Positions 1 to 10,542 of a stretch of DNA of 64,000 nucleotides are shown in pieces. Position 1 is the stretch's first letter; every line of letters begins with the position of its first letter. The notes beneath the pieces were generated by a model. That model ran no database searches. It worked only from the letters and a program-made list of their open reading frames with translations, and was not told the origin of the DNA. The position numbers were made by a program, and so were the translations under genes. Origin of the DNA: an uncultured cyanobacterium (GTDB lineage Bacteria > Cyanobacteriota > Cyanobacteriia > Cyanobacteriales > Nostocaceae); assembly GCA_963740315.1 (NCBI GenBank), contig CAVUDP010000002.1, positions 1,312,001-1,376,000 of the forward strand. Reading direction: 5' to 3'.

Positions 1-2
1 CC

Positions 3-752
3 TTCCGAGGAACTCCTTTAATTTTAGAAAAAAGCGGCGCAATTCTTGATAACGGTAACGTCGCCATTCTTTCAGATGGAAGATTATCTTGGAACGCATT
101 TTTATATGATGTAAATGCGGATACGGCAGAAGCATTAGCACGGGGTAAAGCCAAACCCACATCACAAATGGTTGCGGAAATGAATTATGTAATTAAATGG
201 TTTAAAGCGATTGGTGCAGATACAGTCACTCCAGCTACAGAATTATACATTCGTCACGCAGGCAACGTTACGGGAGTAATCGATCCTTTAACCGGAGCAG
301 AAATGCTTGCAGGTGGAGTCAGAAAAGATGAAGCTTTGGGAACCTTTGGTTATCATTTCGATATTCGCGGCGGTATCAAAGGTTTAGGTATAAGAGCAGA
401 ACAAAAACGTATAGAGAACCTTTTACACGTACAAAAACCTTTATTTAATATCGGCATTCAACACGCCATAATCAAGGACATACCTAATTTAGCAGTTATC
501 AGTCCAGCTTCTGGATTCGAGGGTTATGCTTGTTCTGCTGGTAGAATTGTAGAATTCAATTGCGGCGTTGGACAAGGAATTGGGATTGCCGCAGGAATGG
601 CGCTTCAAAGTAATATTAACCTCGGTGACTTTTCCAATAAACAAGTGCGAAATATATTAGCGCAAACCGGAAAAATAGCGAAAATTTACGGTCAAAATTA
701 CATCGCCCAAGCAGAAGAATTAGGTGAATTTGAGCATGGGGTTGCAGCTTAA
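3..752 (+). CDS. FAD-dependent oxidoreductase family protein, 5'-truncated by the window edge
   Basis: The frame is open from base 3. C-terminal motifs LYIRH, YHFDIRG and NLAVISPASG...GRIVEFNCGVGQGIGIAAGMA resemble the FAD_oxidored (PF12831) C-terminus. Confidence 0.6.
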   Translation, partial: FRGTPLILEKSGAILDNGNVAILSDGRLSWNAFLYDVNADTAEALARGKAKPTSQMVAEMNYVIKWFKAIGADTVTPATELYIRHAGNVTGVIDPLTGAEMLAGGVRKDEALGTFGYHFDIRGGIKGLGIRAEQKRIENLLHVQKPLFNIGIQHAIIKDIPNLAVISPASGFEGYACSAGRIVEFNCGVGQGIGIAAGMALQSNINLGDFSNKQVRNILAQTGKIAKIYGQNYIAQAEELGEFEHGVAA

Positions 753-857
753 TTACTTTCAAGGAAGAAAGGAAGTAGGCAATATAAATCGTAACTTATA
801 ACTCCTAATTCCGGTGGTCCTAACTACTCCCTACTCCCTACTCCCTACTCCCTTTAA

Positions 858-1364
858 TTAAAACCTCAAACCGACACCACCCTGTACTGAAACAGCAGTA
901 CCACCCTTATCGCGATAAGCATCAAAAGCAATAATCGCGTTACCAAAAATCACAGTATTGCTATTGGGTACCATGTAATCAACACCCGGTTGTAAAGCGA
1001 AACTAACTTTATTACCAACGGGGGAAGGTGTATCGCCACCAGCCAAAACTAATCCAGCCCCTAGATAAGCATCAGTTTGCCAATTAAGGGGAACATCATA
1101 AGAAACCGTAGGTACAACAGCCGTGCTTTCACCAACTAAAGCCTGGGTACGGAAAGAAACGGGTGTTTCTAAAAGCTTATAGCGAACTGCGAGAACTCCC
1201 CCAATTTGCGCTCCATCAGATATACCAAGTGTTGGACCAACACCAACATAACTGCCGTATGCAACTTGAGCTTGTGCGGGTTTTGCCAATACCAAACTCA
1301 AACTAGAGCTAACTAAAAGTACGGACGCTAAACATTTATGACAATTCATTTTCCCACTCCCCAA
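858..1364 (-). CDS. Putative small outer-membrane beta-barrel protein
   Basis: Signal peptide (..LVLAKPAQAQ), alternating amphipathic beta strands and a C-terminal Phe (GVGLRF). Confidence 0.65.
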   Translation of the reverse strand: MGSGKMNCHKCLASVLLVSSSLSLVLAKPAQAQVAYGSYVGVGPTLGISDGAQIGGVLAVRYKLLETPVSFRTQALVGESTAVVPTVSYDVPLNWQTDAYLGAGLVLAGGDTPSPVGNKVSFALQPGVDYMVPNSNTVIFGNAIIAFDAYRDKGGTAVSVQGGVGLRF

Positions 1365-1434
1365 GCAATTTTGGATTTTAAACTTTAGATTTTAACAACA
1401 GATGGATTTTAGAGTTAGGAGTGAGGAGTGAAGA

Positions 1435-1517
1435 AAGCCGAGGGAGCGGAGGAAGAAAATAAATAATTAGTTAGCTTGCAAAAAAATTAATTGCTTCCCC
1501 TGCCTCCTCCGCCTCCT
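1435..1517 (+). repeat. ~83-bp dispersed repeat, copy 1 (inverted copy at 5735-5817)
   Basis: AAGCCGAGGGAGCGGAGGAAGAAAA...GCTTGCAAAAAAATTAATTGCTTCCCCTGCCTCCTCCGCCTCCT is nearly the reverse complement of 5735-5817. Confidence 0.85.
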
Positions 1518-1591
1518 CCGCCTCCTCCGCCTCCTCTGCCTCCCTATCTCCCCATCCCCCCCATCACCCCCTCTCCCTCTCCCATTCTCCC

Positions 1592-3742
1592 TTACGGACA
1601 AATGGTATGAAGACCTCCCTGAGTACAAATGTAAGCTTTCTGCTTATCATCTAAGTTTTTCACTTCACTAAAATCAACTCCTTTAATCACAGCAGACTGA
1701 CTCCCGGTTGTTGTCGTTTTTTCTACAAATTGGTCTGCTGGATTTTGCTGTGTTGGAGAGAGTATTGTTCCTTGAAAATCTGCTCCTGCTAAATTTGCAC
1801 CCCGTAAATCTGCAAGACTAAGGTCAGCATTTCGTAGATTGGCATTTTGCAAGTTACTAGAGCGTAAAATAGCACCAGTAAGTCTTGTAGCACTTAGATT
1901 AGCATTACTCAAATTGGCACGGTCAAGATAAGCTGATGACAAATCAGCTCCTTGCCATTCGGTTTTGATTAAGTTGGTATTAGATAATTGCGTGCCTATG
2001 GCAATAACGCGACCTAAACGAGCGCCGTATAAATCGGCATCTTTCAAGTTTGCTTCACCTAAATCTGCTCCTGTGAGACTGGCATTTTCTAAAACAGCAC
2101 CGCGCAAATCGGCTTTTGCTAGCCTAGCGCTACTAAGATTAGCGCCAACCAAACGCGCAGCTGATAAGTTAGCTTTATTTAGATTTGCACGGCTTAAATC
2201 GGTACGAACCATTAAGACGCGGCTGAGATTAGCACCACTTAAATCGGCTTGTTTTAGCTTGGCTTGACTAAAATCGGTAATCCAATCATCATAAGTGTCC
2301 CAACGACCATCTTCGCCAGGTCCCCGGAAACGACTGCCGCTAAAACTAGCTCGGTCAAGATTTGCGTATTTGAAATCAATTCCCCATAAATCAACTTTGT
2401 CTAATGCCAAGTTGAAGATAGAATTTGTACCAGAATCGTTTTGAGATAATTGGACGCGACTTAAATCAATACCGTTTGTTTTTCCGTTGTAAACAAATAG
2501 AATCTTGTTAATTGCCTGCTGGTTTGCATACAAACTTTTTGATCGCAACTGCCGTCCTTGAACCGCGTTGCTAGATGTATCCAACTCGCCTTCCAATAAA
2601 AGATTCATCCGCTTGAGTTCGGGAATCGTTTGCGGACCAATACTTACCAAAGCTTGCTGAATAGTTTCTAATAAAACTGGGTCGTTTTCTTTAACTAATA
2701 AACCAACAAGAAATTTAGTAGCTTGAGAATCTTTAAGGGTTCCTAATGCTAAAATTGTCCGCTGACGTTCTTGTTTACTAATTCCAGAATCAGCATTCAA
2801 CTGTTGTTTGAGCGCTAAAAACTGCTTGCTGTTATTTTGCTGGGCTGCTTTTAGATTTTCCTGAGTTTGAATATAAATTTGAGTTCCGACTAAAGTTATC
2901 AATACACCAGCCATACTCAACAGCGCGACTCCTAGCAAAGTCAGGCTGGGGTTTTGCCGCATCCAATCCCATAGATTACGCTTTTGTTGTTGTTGGGGCG
3001 TAACTACAATTGATTCGATCGCTGCTTCTTCGTCTGCTTGCCCCCATCGGGACATATGGCTGTTGCGGCGTAAAACTGAGGGGTCAAAAGGAACGGTGGC
3101 ATCTATTGTATAAGTATCTGCAATAGAGTCGTGGATTGAGCGTCCTTGCTTTCTCATCGGAAAACCCATTCCTTCAGCAAGTAACATCAATAATGCCAAT
3201 ATCGCAAAAATACTGAGATGGGGAAACAAAAAAGTGTAGCGCCACAGCATATAAGCGAAGGACACTGGCACAGCCCAACGACTTCCTTCTCGCAGCAAAA
3301 CTGCTCTGAAACCGGGTGGTTCATTTTTTTGAGTAACCACTTTAACGCCAAACCATCGCTTGGGAATAGTACTGCCAGTTTTAGCTAACAAATACCATTG
3401 CCAACAAGTAAGTGACAGGGGCGCTAAAATTGCTACCGTCCATAAGAAATTAGTAGACCATGCGACATTACGAGTACCGTAACTTATGGGTAAAGCCAAA
3501 GGATAGGCGATCGCTCTTTCTGCTGCTACCAATACAGGATTGAGCGGTACGCGCTCCATATTGGTTTTTGTATTGATATACGCGCCAATTCCGAAAGGTA
3601 CTAAACCACTTACAACACAAAGCGTGATTTCCGCCACCCAAGCCGCAACGCGCCGCGAGGAAAGTGAAAGCGGATTGGTTTTTCGGGGTTGTTTTGGGTG
3701 TCCCAATTGATTATTACTTCTCCTTACCATTGGAGTTGCCAT
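1592..3742 (-). CDS. hglK: RDD-domain membrane protein with C-terminal pentapeptide repeats (HglK-like, heterocyst glycolipid localisation)
   Basis: 716 aa. N-terminal RDD-like TM region (RRVAAWVAEI, GSTIPKRWFGVKVV, IHDSIADT) and a long A(D/N)Lxx pentapeptide array. Size and architecture match Anabaena HglK. Confidence 0.75.
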   Translation of the reverse strand: MATPMVRRSNNQLGHPKQPRKTNPLSLSSRRVAAWVAEITLCVVSGLVPFGIGAYINTKTNMERVPLNPVLVAAERAIAYPLALPISYGTRNVAWSTNFLWTVAILAPLSLTCWQWYLLAKTGSTIPKRWFGVKVVTQKNEPPGFRAVLLREGSRWAVPVSFAYMLWRYTFLFPHLSIFAILALLMLLAEGMGFPMRKQGRSIHDSIADTYTIDATVPFDPSVLRRNSHMSRWGQADEEAAIESIVVTPQQQQKRNLWDWMRQNPSLTLLGVALLSMAGVLITLVGTQIYIQTQENLKAAQQNNSKQFLALKQQLNADSGISKQERQRTILALGTLKDSQATKFLVGLLVKENDPVLLETIQQALVSIGPQTIPELKRMNLLLEGELDTSSNAVQGRQLRSKSLYANQQAINKILFVYNGKTNGIDLSRVQLSQNDSGTNSIFNLALDKVDLWGIDFKYANLDRASFSGSRFRGPGEDGRWDTYDDWITDFSQAKLKQADLSGANLSRVLMVRTDLSRANLNKANLSAARLVGANLSSARLAKADLRGAVLENASLTGADLGEANLKDADLYGARLGRVIAIGTQLSNTNLIKTEWQGADLSSAYLDRANLSNANLSATRLTGAILRSSNLQNANLRNADLSLADLRGANLAGADFQGTILSPTQQNPADQFVEKTTTTGSQSAVIKGVDFSEVKNLDDKQKAYICTQGGLHTICP

Positions 3743-3799
3743 TTACCATATTCCTATAAATTGATTTGTCTGTAAAAAATAGCGCTACTTTATTAGGAG

Positions 3800-4159
3800 T
3801 TATTCTTTTATTTGAGAACTATTACCAGCTACGAAAAAATTGTATCCAAGGTAAACCAATCCAAATAGCAATGCCATACTTATAACAGAAGCAATTAGTT
3901 TAAGTGCTGCCTGTAAGATAGCAAAACCAAGTACAAATACCACACCCGCAACAAGAAGCTTTGCTAAACCGGGCAAATACCAAAACCAATTAATAGTTTT
4001 AACTATAGTTTTAGCTATGTAGTCAAAAATACCCGCGCCACTTAAATTAGTGGTTGGTAAAATTGGTAAAGGGGTAATTTCCAAGTCGTCCGAATCAATT
4101 TCGGTAAATAGCTTCTGGAGGCGATACTCGTCTAGATTTTCTTCAGTTTGAGGATTCAT
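3800..4159 (-). CDS. Small membrane protein upstream of hglK
   Basis: 119-aa ORF with two hydrophobic C-terminal segments, co-oriented with hglK. Confidence 0.7.
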   Translation of the reverse strand: MNPQTEENLDEYRLQKLFTEIDSDDLEITPLPILPTTNLSGAGIFDYIAKTIVKTINWFWYLPGLAKLLVAGVVFVLGFAILQAALKLIASVISMALLFGLVYLGYNFFVAGNSSQIKE

Positions 4160-4435
4160 AAATATTTTCTACCTCAGTGGCGGAAATTTATATAACAACA
4201 AATAAACTTATATGTCATTTGTGACGGATATGTATGTGATTTTATCCAATACAAATGTGTTTAAGACAACTATAAGTTGCACGATCTAATTATTTTATAC
4301 ACCTTTGGGTTTACAAAATAATTATTGCTTTAAATATACCGATTAATAAGATTAAACTGGGGAACAGATAATATCGATCTTTGTCTATCTTTCTAAATAA
4401 TTAAATCTACCGATTTATTAATACGGTTTGTAAAA

Positions 4436-4876
4436 ATGAAAACGCCCTGGTTCATTAAATTTTTTCCCATCGTTTTGACAATAAGCTTGATTTTGATTAG
4501 CGTTCAATTAGTGAGCGCCGAAGTTGTAAAAATTGAACGCGATTCTCAACCAGATCCGTTAATTCTTAGCGGTAAATCTGGAGGATCGCAAAAAAGTAAT
4601 TGTGGCAACATTGCTGCTCAACCCTCGCGCATTCTTGAAGTTACAGATTCACTGCCTTATTTACGGTTAACAGTAGAAAGCAATGGAAAACCAACCCTGT
4701 TAATTGATGGTCCGGAAGGTCGCTTTTGCGTATTGGAGGATAATTATTCCCAAGATAAACCAGAAATTTCTGGATATTGGCAAGCAGGAAAATACTCGCT
4801 ATATATAGGCGACTTGTCTAAAGAGCAACATACATACACCCTCTCAATATCCCAACAGAAGATGCCACAAAAATAG
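4436..4876 (+). CDS. Secreted hypothetical protein (PPC-like beta-sandwich)
   Basis: Signal peptide, CGNI, PTLLIDGP..FC..D and GKYSLYIG pattern. Confidence 0.65.
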   Translation: MKTPWFIKFFPIVLTISLILISVQLVSAEVVKIERDSQPDPLILSGKSGGSQKSNCGNIAAQPSRILEVTDSLPYLRLTVESNGKPTLLIDGPEGRFCVLEDNYSQDKPEISGYWQAGKYSLYIGDLSKEQHTYTLSISQQKMPQK

Positions 4877-5218
4877 TTAAAAGTCAAGGTTCACCCGTCA
4901 AAATACCAATCTGCCGTCAGGCGCGGCACAAAGTAATGTTTTGTAACCGAATTTATTTTAAATATTAGTTAATGTCCTCCGAACACGCGCAAGCCGCACC
5001 AATCGGTGAACGCGAACGGATTTTAAATTAAAAAATAGTTTAAGGCTTTGAGCATTTTCGACTATCAAATACGGTATGCCCTAGAGTAAGTACCTATGCC
5101 AACATTCAATTCAACATTTCGTTTAAGCAGGAAGTAGGGAGTAGGGAGTAGGGAACAGCTATATAACTGATTAGTAATTATATAAATATTTTTGCTTGAC
5201 TACTCAATAACCTTCTGA

Positions 5219-5590
5219 TTAATCTTCAATTGATTGTGCTGGAACTTCTACTGCTGTCACGTCTATAGTTCCTTCTGGGGTGAAGCGTTTGAGAGTCCGA
5301 TTTTGCACCAGCAAATTTTCGCCACAGCTAGGACATTCTAACTGAGTATTATTTAAACCCGTAATTTCAGTTCCGCAAACCGGACAACTATCAGCAATCA
5401 AATTACGTTGCAACCACCAGCGAAACCCGAAAAAAGCCAAAATAGGTGCTACAAATAGCAACCCCAGAATAATTAATAACGAATTGACCAACCAACCTAA
5501 GCCGAATGTACCTAGCAACCAAACAACTGCGAATAAGGTAAGCCAAGGACGTAGATGAGACATATTCGATTGAAAGGTTTTAAAGCTCAT
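5219..5590 (-). CDS. Conserved cyanobacterial membrane protein with Zn-ribbon
   Basis: Two TM segments followed by CPVC...CPSC. Confidence 0.75.
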   Translation of the reverse strand: MSFKTFQSNMSHLRPWLTLFAVVWLLGTFGLGWLVNSLLIILGLLFVAPILAFFGFRWWLQRNLIADSCPVCGTEITGLNNTQLECPSCGENLLVQNRTLKRFTPEGTIDVTAVEVPAQSIED

Positions 5591-5734
5591 TTTTAAATTT
5601 ATCCAAGTCTCCTTCTAGGATAACGAGTTTATTTGAAAGTTAAGAATAAAGAATTAAAAATTAAACGTTACAGGTATAGGGATGGGGGAGTGTGGGGAGA
5701 TGGGGAGATGGGGGGATAGGGAGATGGGGAGACA

Positions 5735-5817
5735 AGGAGGCGGAGGAGGCAGGGGAAGCAATTAATTTTTTTTGCAAGCAAACTAATTTTTTTTTTCTTC
5801 CTCCGCTCCCTCGGCTT
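5735..5817 (-). repeat. ~83-bp dispersed repeat, copy 2 (inverted relative to 1435-1517)
   Basis: Direct sequence comparison; embedded between GGGGAGAT and TAACTCC STRR arrays. Confidence 0.85.
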
Positions 5818-5893
5818 CCTCCGCTCCCGGAGCAATATCACTCCAGTAATCCTAATTCCTAACTCCTAACTCTTAACTCCTGACTCCTAATTC

Positions 5894-7075
5894 CTAACTA
5901 TTTTTTATTGACGATAAAAACTGCTGTTGCAGGCGTTTTTGAAAGGCTTCTATACCGAATACTGAAAGAACCTCTTTCCTTAACCAATCTCCATCACAAC
6001 GTCGGTCATCTCCTTGGAGAATCTCGATACAAGCATCAGCTACAGCATGGCGATCGCGATGGGGTACTCGCCATCCCAATTTACCATCTTGTAATGGGTC
6101 TGCCGAACCATCAGCATCACCAGATAGTACGGGTACGCCACAAGCCATTGCTTCTAAATAAACAATGCCAAAGCCTTCTTGAGAAGGCATAATATAAGCA
6201 TCGGCAAGGCGGTAATGTTCGACTAATTCGGATGTCGGCACGAATCCAGCAAAAACAACTCGGTCTTCCACTCCCAAATCTTTTGCCAACTGTGCCAAAC
6301 GAGGGCGATCGTCACCACGCCCAATTACCAAATACTTGACTTCGGGGAAAACTTCAGCTATTTGCGATAACGCTCGAATTGTGACATCTACTCCTTTATA
6401 AATATCACCAGACCATAATCGCGTCACGCTCATCAGTACTTTCGCTCCGTGTAAACCATAACGTTCTAATAAATCTGCTGGTTTTGGTCCGGGAGTAAAG
6501 TAACTACCATTGACAGCGCAAGGTAAAATATCAATTTTATCAGTATTTAAATTATTTGCAGCACTAGCAATTTCACGAGTATAGCGACTTACCGTCCAGA
6601 TTTGTGAAGCTTTTTGTAAACTAACCTGCTTCCATTTCGGTAAAGGTTGCCAAACTTCTTTGCCATGAGTAATTACTGTATAAGGAATTCCCAACGGTTG
6701 ACATAACATACCAACTAAAGGGGCTAGGTAAGCATGACCGCAAAATACACGATCGGGACGTTCTTTAATCAAACGGTTTAGTAACGCCCAAGTCATCCTC
6801 GCTCGTCCTAATTGAGAAAACTTAGTTTTAAAATAATGAAATTTTAAGCGTTCCGATTCAAAAGGATTTATACAGCCTTTCTCATCTCTGAGTAAAAATA
6901 CTTCTGCTGTTGTCGGTTCTTCTAATGTCTCATAAGCTCTAAACACATCTTTTACATAAGATTGAATTCCACCTTCGCGGGAAAATACTTCTAAAAAAAC
7001 GAAGATATGGTTAAGTTTAGTCTGTTTATTTTTAATCAATTTTAATTCGGTCTTTTGCTCGGTACTAACTAACAT
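5894..7075 (-). CDS. Glycosyltransferase family 4 (GT-B)
   Basis: GGIQSY, YKGVD and the EGFGIVYLEAMACGVPV (Ex7E) motif. Confidence 0.9.
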   Translation of the reverse strand: MLVSTEQKTELKLIKNKQTKLNHIFVFLEVFSREGGIQSYVKDVFRAYETLEEPTTAEVFLLRDEKGCINPFESERLKFHYFKTKFSQLGRARMTWALLNRLIKERPDRVFCGHAYLAPLVGMLCQPLGIPYTVITHGKEVWQPLPKWKQVSLQKASQIWTVSRYTREIASAANNLNTDKIDILPCAVNGSYFTPGPKPADLLERYGLHGAKVLMSVTRLWSGDIYKGVDVTIRALSQIAEVFPEVKYLVIGRGDDRPRLAQLAKDLGVEDRVVFAGFVPTSELVEHYRLADAYIMPSQEGFGIVYLEAMACGVPVLSGDADGSADPLQDGKLGWRVPHRDRHAVADACIEILQGDDRRCDGDWLRKEVLSVFGIEAFQKRLQQQFLSSIKNS

Positions 7076-7944
7076 TTTTTATATTCTCCTTTCAAGTACT
7101 GCGGATGATGAATACAGCACCATTTAATCGCGATCGCACTCTTCTTGGTTTATAACTTTGTTTTAGTAATAATTCTTGAAAATAATAGATACGGGGGGGG
7201 ACAGCATATTTTTTTTAAGACGGCGTAGTGCGCGAACATTATGTGTGCTTTTACCCGTTTAAACCCATTTTATTAATTGTATATTTTTGCATAAAAAACT
7301 TGCTTTTAGATAATTGCTTAAGTTGATAATAAGCTATTTGCTACTGTTTGACTCTTGCTGTCAAATCTTAACAAAAAATAACCGCAACTCTAATGCTGTG
7401 TATACGGTATTGAAGAGTTTATTTTATACACATATTAGATTTTCCCTTATTGTATTTACTTTAATTTCAAGTCTAATTTGCATGAAAAATTCATTCAAAA
7501 TTTTACATAAACTTTTCTTCGTGTCTGAATAATTAAAGTAAATTACCAATCTTTCTTTGTTTAATATCTCAATATTAAACGATGAGTTGATTTTCAGCAT
7601 TCCTTATTTTTTACTTTCTGCTTTCTACTCTCTACTTTCTATTCCCCACAACCCTACCTAGACAAAATGTTTAATTTATTTTGCACGAGTACTCATCTAG
7701 ATTCAAATTTAGATTTTTAATATTATTAATATTTTTATATGGATATATTTCCTTTAATTTAAGTGCAGCAAAAACTAAGTTAGAATTGATACCGCTTAAT
7801 ATTCTGACATTCCGAAGCCGAATAGGCATTTTATATCAATATATATCCGATAGTTTCTCTAAGAATATAGAAAAAACTTAAATAGCTACATCGATTATTA
7901 CATTCTGGTAATTAACAATAATTAACAATTTATACCAGTCCTAA

Positions 7945-8385
7945 TTATTTTTCCTGCGTACCATACTTGACGATGAGCAAACAATTTCTGCCATCCGTAT
8001 CGCGTTCGTAAACAACTTTATCAGCTAATCGCCGTAGTAGAAACCATCCATACCCGCCTACTTGCAGAGTACCAGGTTCCGGTTCGTCTATTGCATCTGG
8101 ATTAAAGGGTTTACCGTAATCCCAGATTCTAATTTCAAGTCTGTCATTCCATAACAAAACATCAATATCAATGTTTGTTTCTGGCGGTAAAGCTTGATGT
8201 GCATGACGAACGGCATTAGTAAAGCCTTCGGCTAATGCTAAATTAAGTCGATACTGTTGACTTTCTAGCCAATTAAGCCCAGACAAATTACGCAGACAGA
8301 ATTGTTCAAACCATTGTTGCACCTGGTTTAGAAGCTTAAGTTCGCTCTTAACCGTCAGATGGTCTTGCTCCAAAATTGCTAGCAT
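7945..8385 (-). CDS. RsbW/SpoIIAB-like anti-sigma factor Ser/Thr kinase (HATPase_c_2)
   Basis: N-box EGFTNAVRHA, IWDYGKPF and GGYGWFLLRRLAD. Confidence 0.85.
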   Translation of the reverse strand: MLAILEQDHLTVKSELKLLNQVQQWFEQFCLRNLSGLNWLESQQYRLNLALAEGFTNAVRHAHQALPPETNIDIDVLLWNDRLEIRIWDYGKPFNPDAIDEPEPGTLQVGGYGWFLLRRLADKVVYERDTDGRNCLLIVKYGTQEK

Positions 8386-8732
8386 TGACCTTGACTTAAA
8401 TATAAGTGAATGAATTTTACTTACATCTTTTATAGTTTATAAAGTTTAGATTTTGAAATCTGTTTTGCTCTTCTTAATTTACAAAAATCTTCGATATCAT
8501 CTAAATTTAGATCGGAATTCACGGGCTTAACTAACGTCTCAAGTCCATAAGGACTGTGTGTGTTAATTATTTTACCACCTTATGACGAAAAGCACCGTTC
8601 TTTAAAGGAGCTTTAGCACGTATTTGTCAATATATATCCTTATGAATGATAGTTAGACTTTGAAACAATGAAATAATATTTCTCGCATCAAAATCCCGGC
8701 ATCCTGTTAAAGTATAAGTTTTATTAAAATTA

Positions 8733-8796
8733 ACGCCTGTTCGGGTTTCTCAAAAGTACCTATTTCTAAGCACTTCCTAAAGAAACCCACAGGCGT
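8733..8796. terminator. Inverted repeat downstream of petD (terminator or REP-like hairpin)
   Basis: ACGCCTGTTCGGGTTTCT ... AGAAACCCACAGGCGT. Confidence 0.5.
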
Positions 8797-8818
8797 AAAA
8801 ACACGTTCTCAACGTGAT

Positions 8819-9301
8819 TTAGAACAGTCCTAAAGTCAAAGACTTATCTAAGGGGTAGGTAGCACCAATACCCAAATAGATTGTGACCAAGGTTCCAAAA
8901 AGGAACACGGCAGTCGCTACAGGACGACGGAAAGGGTTTTGGAACTTATTGACGTTCTCAATAAAGGGAACAAGAATTAGTCCTAAAGGCACGGAAGCCA
9001 TTCCCAACACTCCCAAAAGCTTGTTAGGAAGCGATCGCAAAATTTGGAAAACTGGGTACAAATACCACTCTGGTAAAATTTCCAAAGGTGTTGCAAAAGG
9101 ATTCGCTGGTTCTCCTGTCATGGCAGGATCTAGCACTGCTAAAGCCACTATACAGGCGAAAGAACCCATAATTACAATGGGGAAAACGTAAAGTAAGTCA
9201 TTGGGCCAAGCGGGTTCACCATAATAGTTGTGACCCATGCCTTTAGCCAATTTAGCTCTCAATTGTGGATCGCTTAGATCCGGTTTTTTTAATGTTGCCA
9301 T
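8819..9301 (-). CDS. petD: Cytochrome b6f subunit IV
   Basis: [38 protein letters not shown] and PEWY motif. Start moved to the ATG at 9301 (160 aa). Confidence 0.98.
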   Translation of the reverse strand: MATLKKPDLSDPQLRAKLAKGMGHNYYGEPAWPNDLLYVFPIVIMGSFACIVALAVLDPAMTGEPANPFATPLEILPEWYLYPVFQILRSLPNKLLGVLGMASVPLGLILVPFIENVNKFQNPFRRPVATAVFLFGTLVTIYLGIGATYPLDKSLTLGLF

Positions 9302-9492
9302 TTTTTGGTTACTCTGCTTTGGTTGAGTATTGTGAAAAGGTAAAACCGTCACGCGAGCAGGCAGTTCTAAAGGAAAATATACCCTTTAAAACTGAAGATA
9401 CAAGGTTTACTCAAAGTAAGTCTGTTAAACACAAGTTTAAAACAAACAACTCGAAGAATGCAGCTACGTATCTCTTGAAATTTCGCTCAAAA

Positions 9493-10140
9493 TTACAAGG
9501 GACCGCTTATACCTTGTTTGCGGATCATTAAGAAATGCGCCAGCATAAATACCGCAATTAACCAAGGCAGTACAAAAGTATGAGCGCTGTAGTAGCGAGT
9601 CAAAGTAGCTTGTCCTACACTAGAACCGCCACGCAACAGGTCAGAGATTAAAACTCCAACTACCGGGATTGCTTCTGGTACGCCGCTAACGATTTTCACA
9701 GCCCAGTAACCTACCTGATCCCAAGGCAATGAGTAGCCTGTTACACCGAAAGACACGGTAATTACAGCCAAGATTACACCAGTCACCCAAGTTAACTCGC
9801 GGGGCTTCTTGAAGCCACCAGTTAAATAAACTCGGAAAGTGTGCAAAATCATCATCAGCACCATCATGCTGGCTGACCAGCGGTGAACGGAGCGAATCAA
9901 CCAACCAAAGCTCACTTCGTTCATGATGAACTCTACTGAAGAATAAGCTTCAGCAACGGTTGGCTTGTAGTAAAAGGTCATTGCAAATCCAGTTGCGAAC
10001 TGGATTAAAAAGCAAGTAAGAGTAATTCCACCCAAACAGTAGAAAATATTAACGTGAGGGGGAACGTACTTGCTTGTAACGTCATCAGCAAGCGCTTGGA
10101 TTTCTAAGCGCTCTTCAAACCAGTCATAAACGTTGGTCAT
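9493..10140 (-). CDS. petB: Cytochrome b6
   Basis: 215 aa, [11 protein letters not shown]...[10 protein letters not shown], with heme-ligand His residues. Confidence 0.99.
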   Translation of the reverse strand: MTNVYDWFEERLEIQALADDVTSKYVPPHVNIFYCLGGITLTCFLIQFATGFAMTFYYKPTVAEAYSSVEFIMNEVSFGWLIRSVHRWSASMMVLMMILHTFRVYLTGGFKKPRELTWVTGVILAVITVSFGVTGYSLPWDQVGYWAVKIVSGVPEAIPVVGVLISDLLRGGSSVGQATLTRYYSAHTFVLPWLIAVFMLAHFLMIRKQGISGPL

Positions 10141-10542
10141 ACAACCCAGTTTCCTAAATATAGATTGCGGTTGATAATTATCTCGGCGGATCGGCGGATT
10201 ACGCCAACCGAGACTTAAGAAGACAGCAAAAAAGTAGATTTACTTTTAAACTATCAGAGTGGTAATTCTTTAAAAAACTTAACACTCTCTGACTGAGGGA
10301 ATATATTGCGTGCTATGCATCCCTTGCCCAAAAAAAATAGATGGATACAAAGACGATCATAGCGTTTCGCGGGCGCTATGTGCCCAACAATTAGAAGTCA
10401 ATTGCCCGAAATTATTAGCGGCAATACAGCACTTCTATAAAAAAAGTAACATAATCGAGAGATAGATTTCATCCGATCGAAAAGAGCAAATCCGCTTTTA
10501 AGATAGGTGTTGTTGGTGGAAAATCAAGTACAAATCAAGTTT

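Noticed and set aside
7314..7881. Two short AT-rich ORFs (and 49366-49578, 24379-24561, 59933-60142)
   Set aside because: Low-complexity I/L/F/K composition, mostly non-ATG starts and no recognisable motifs.
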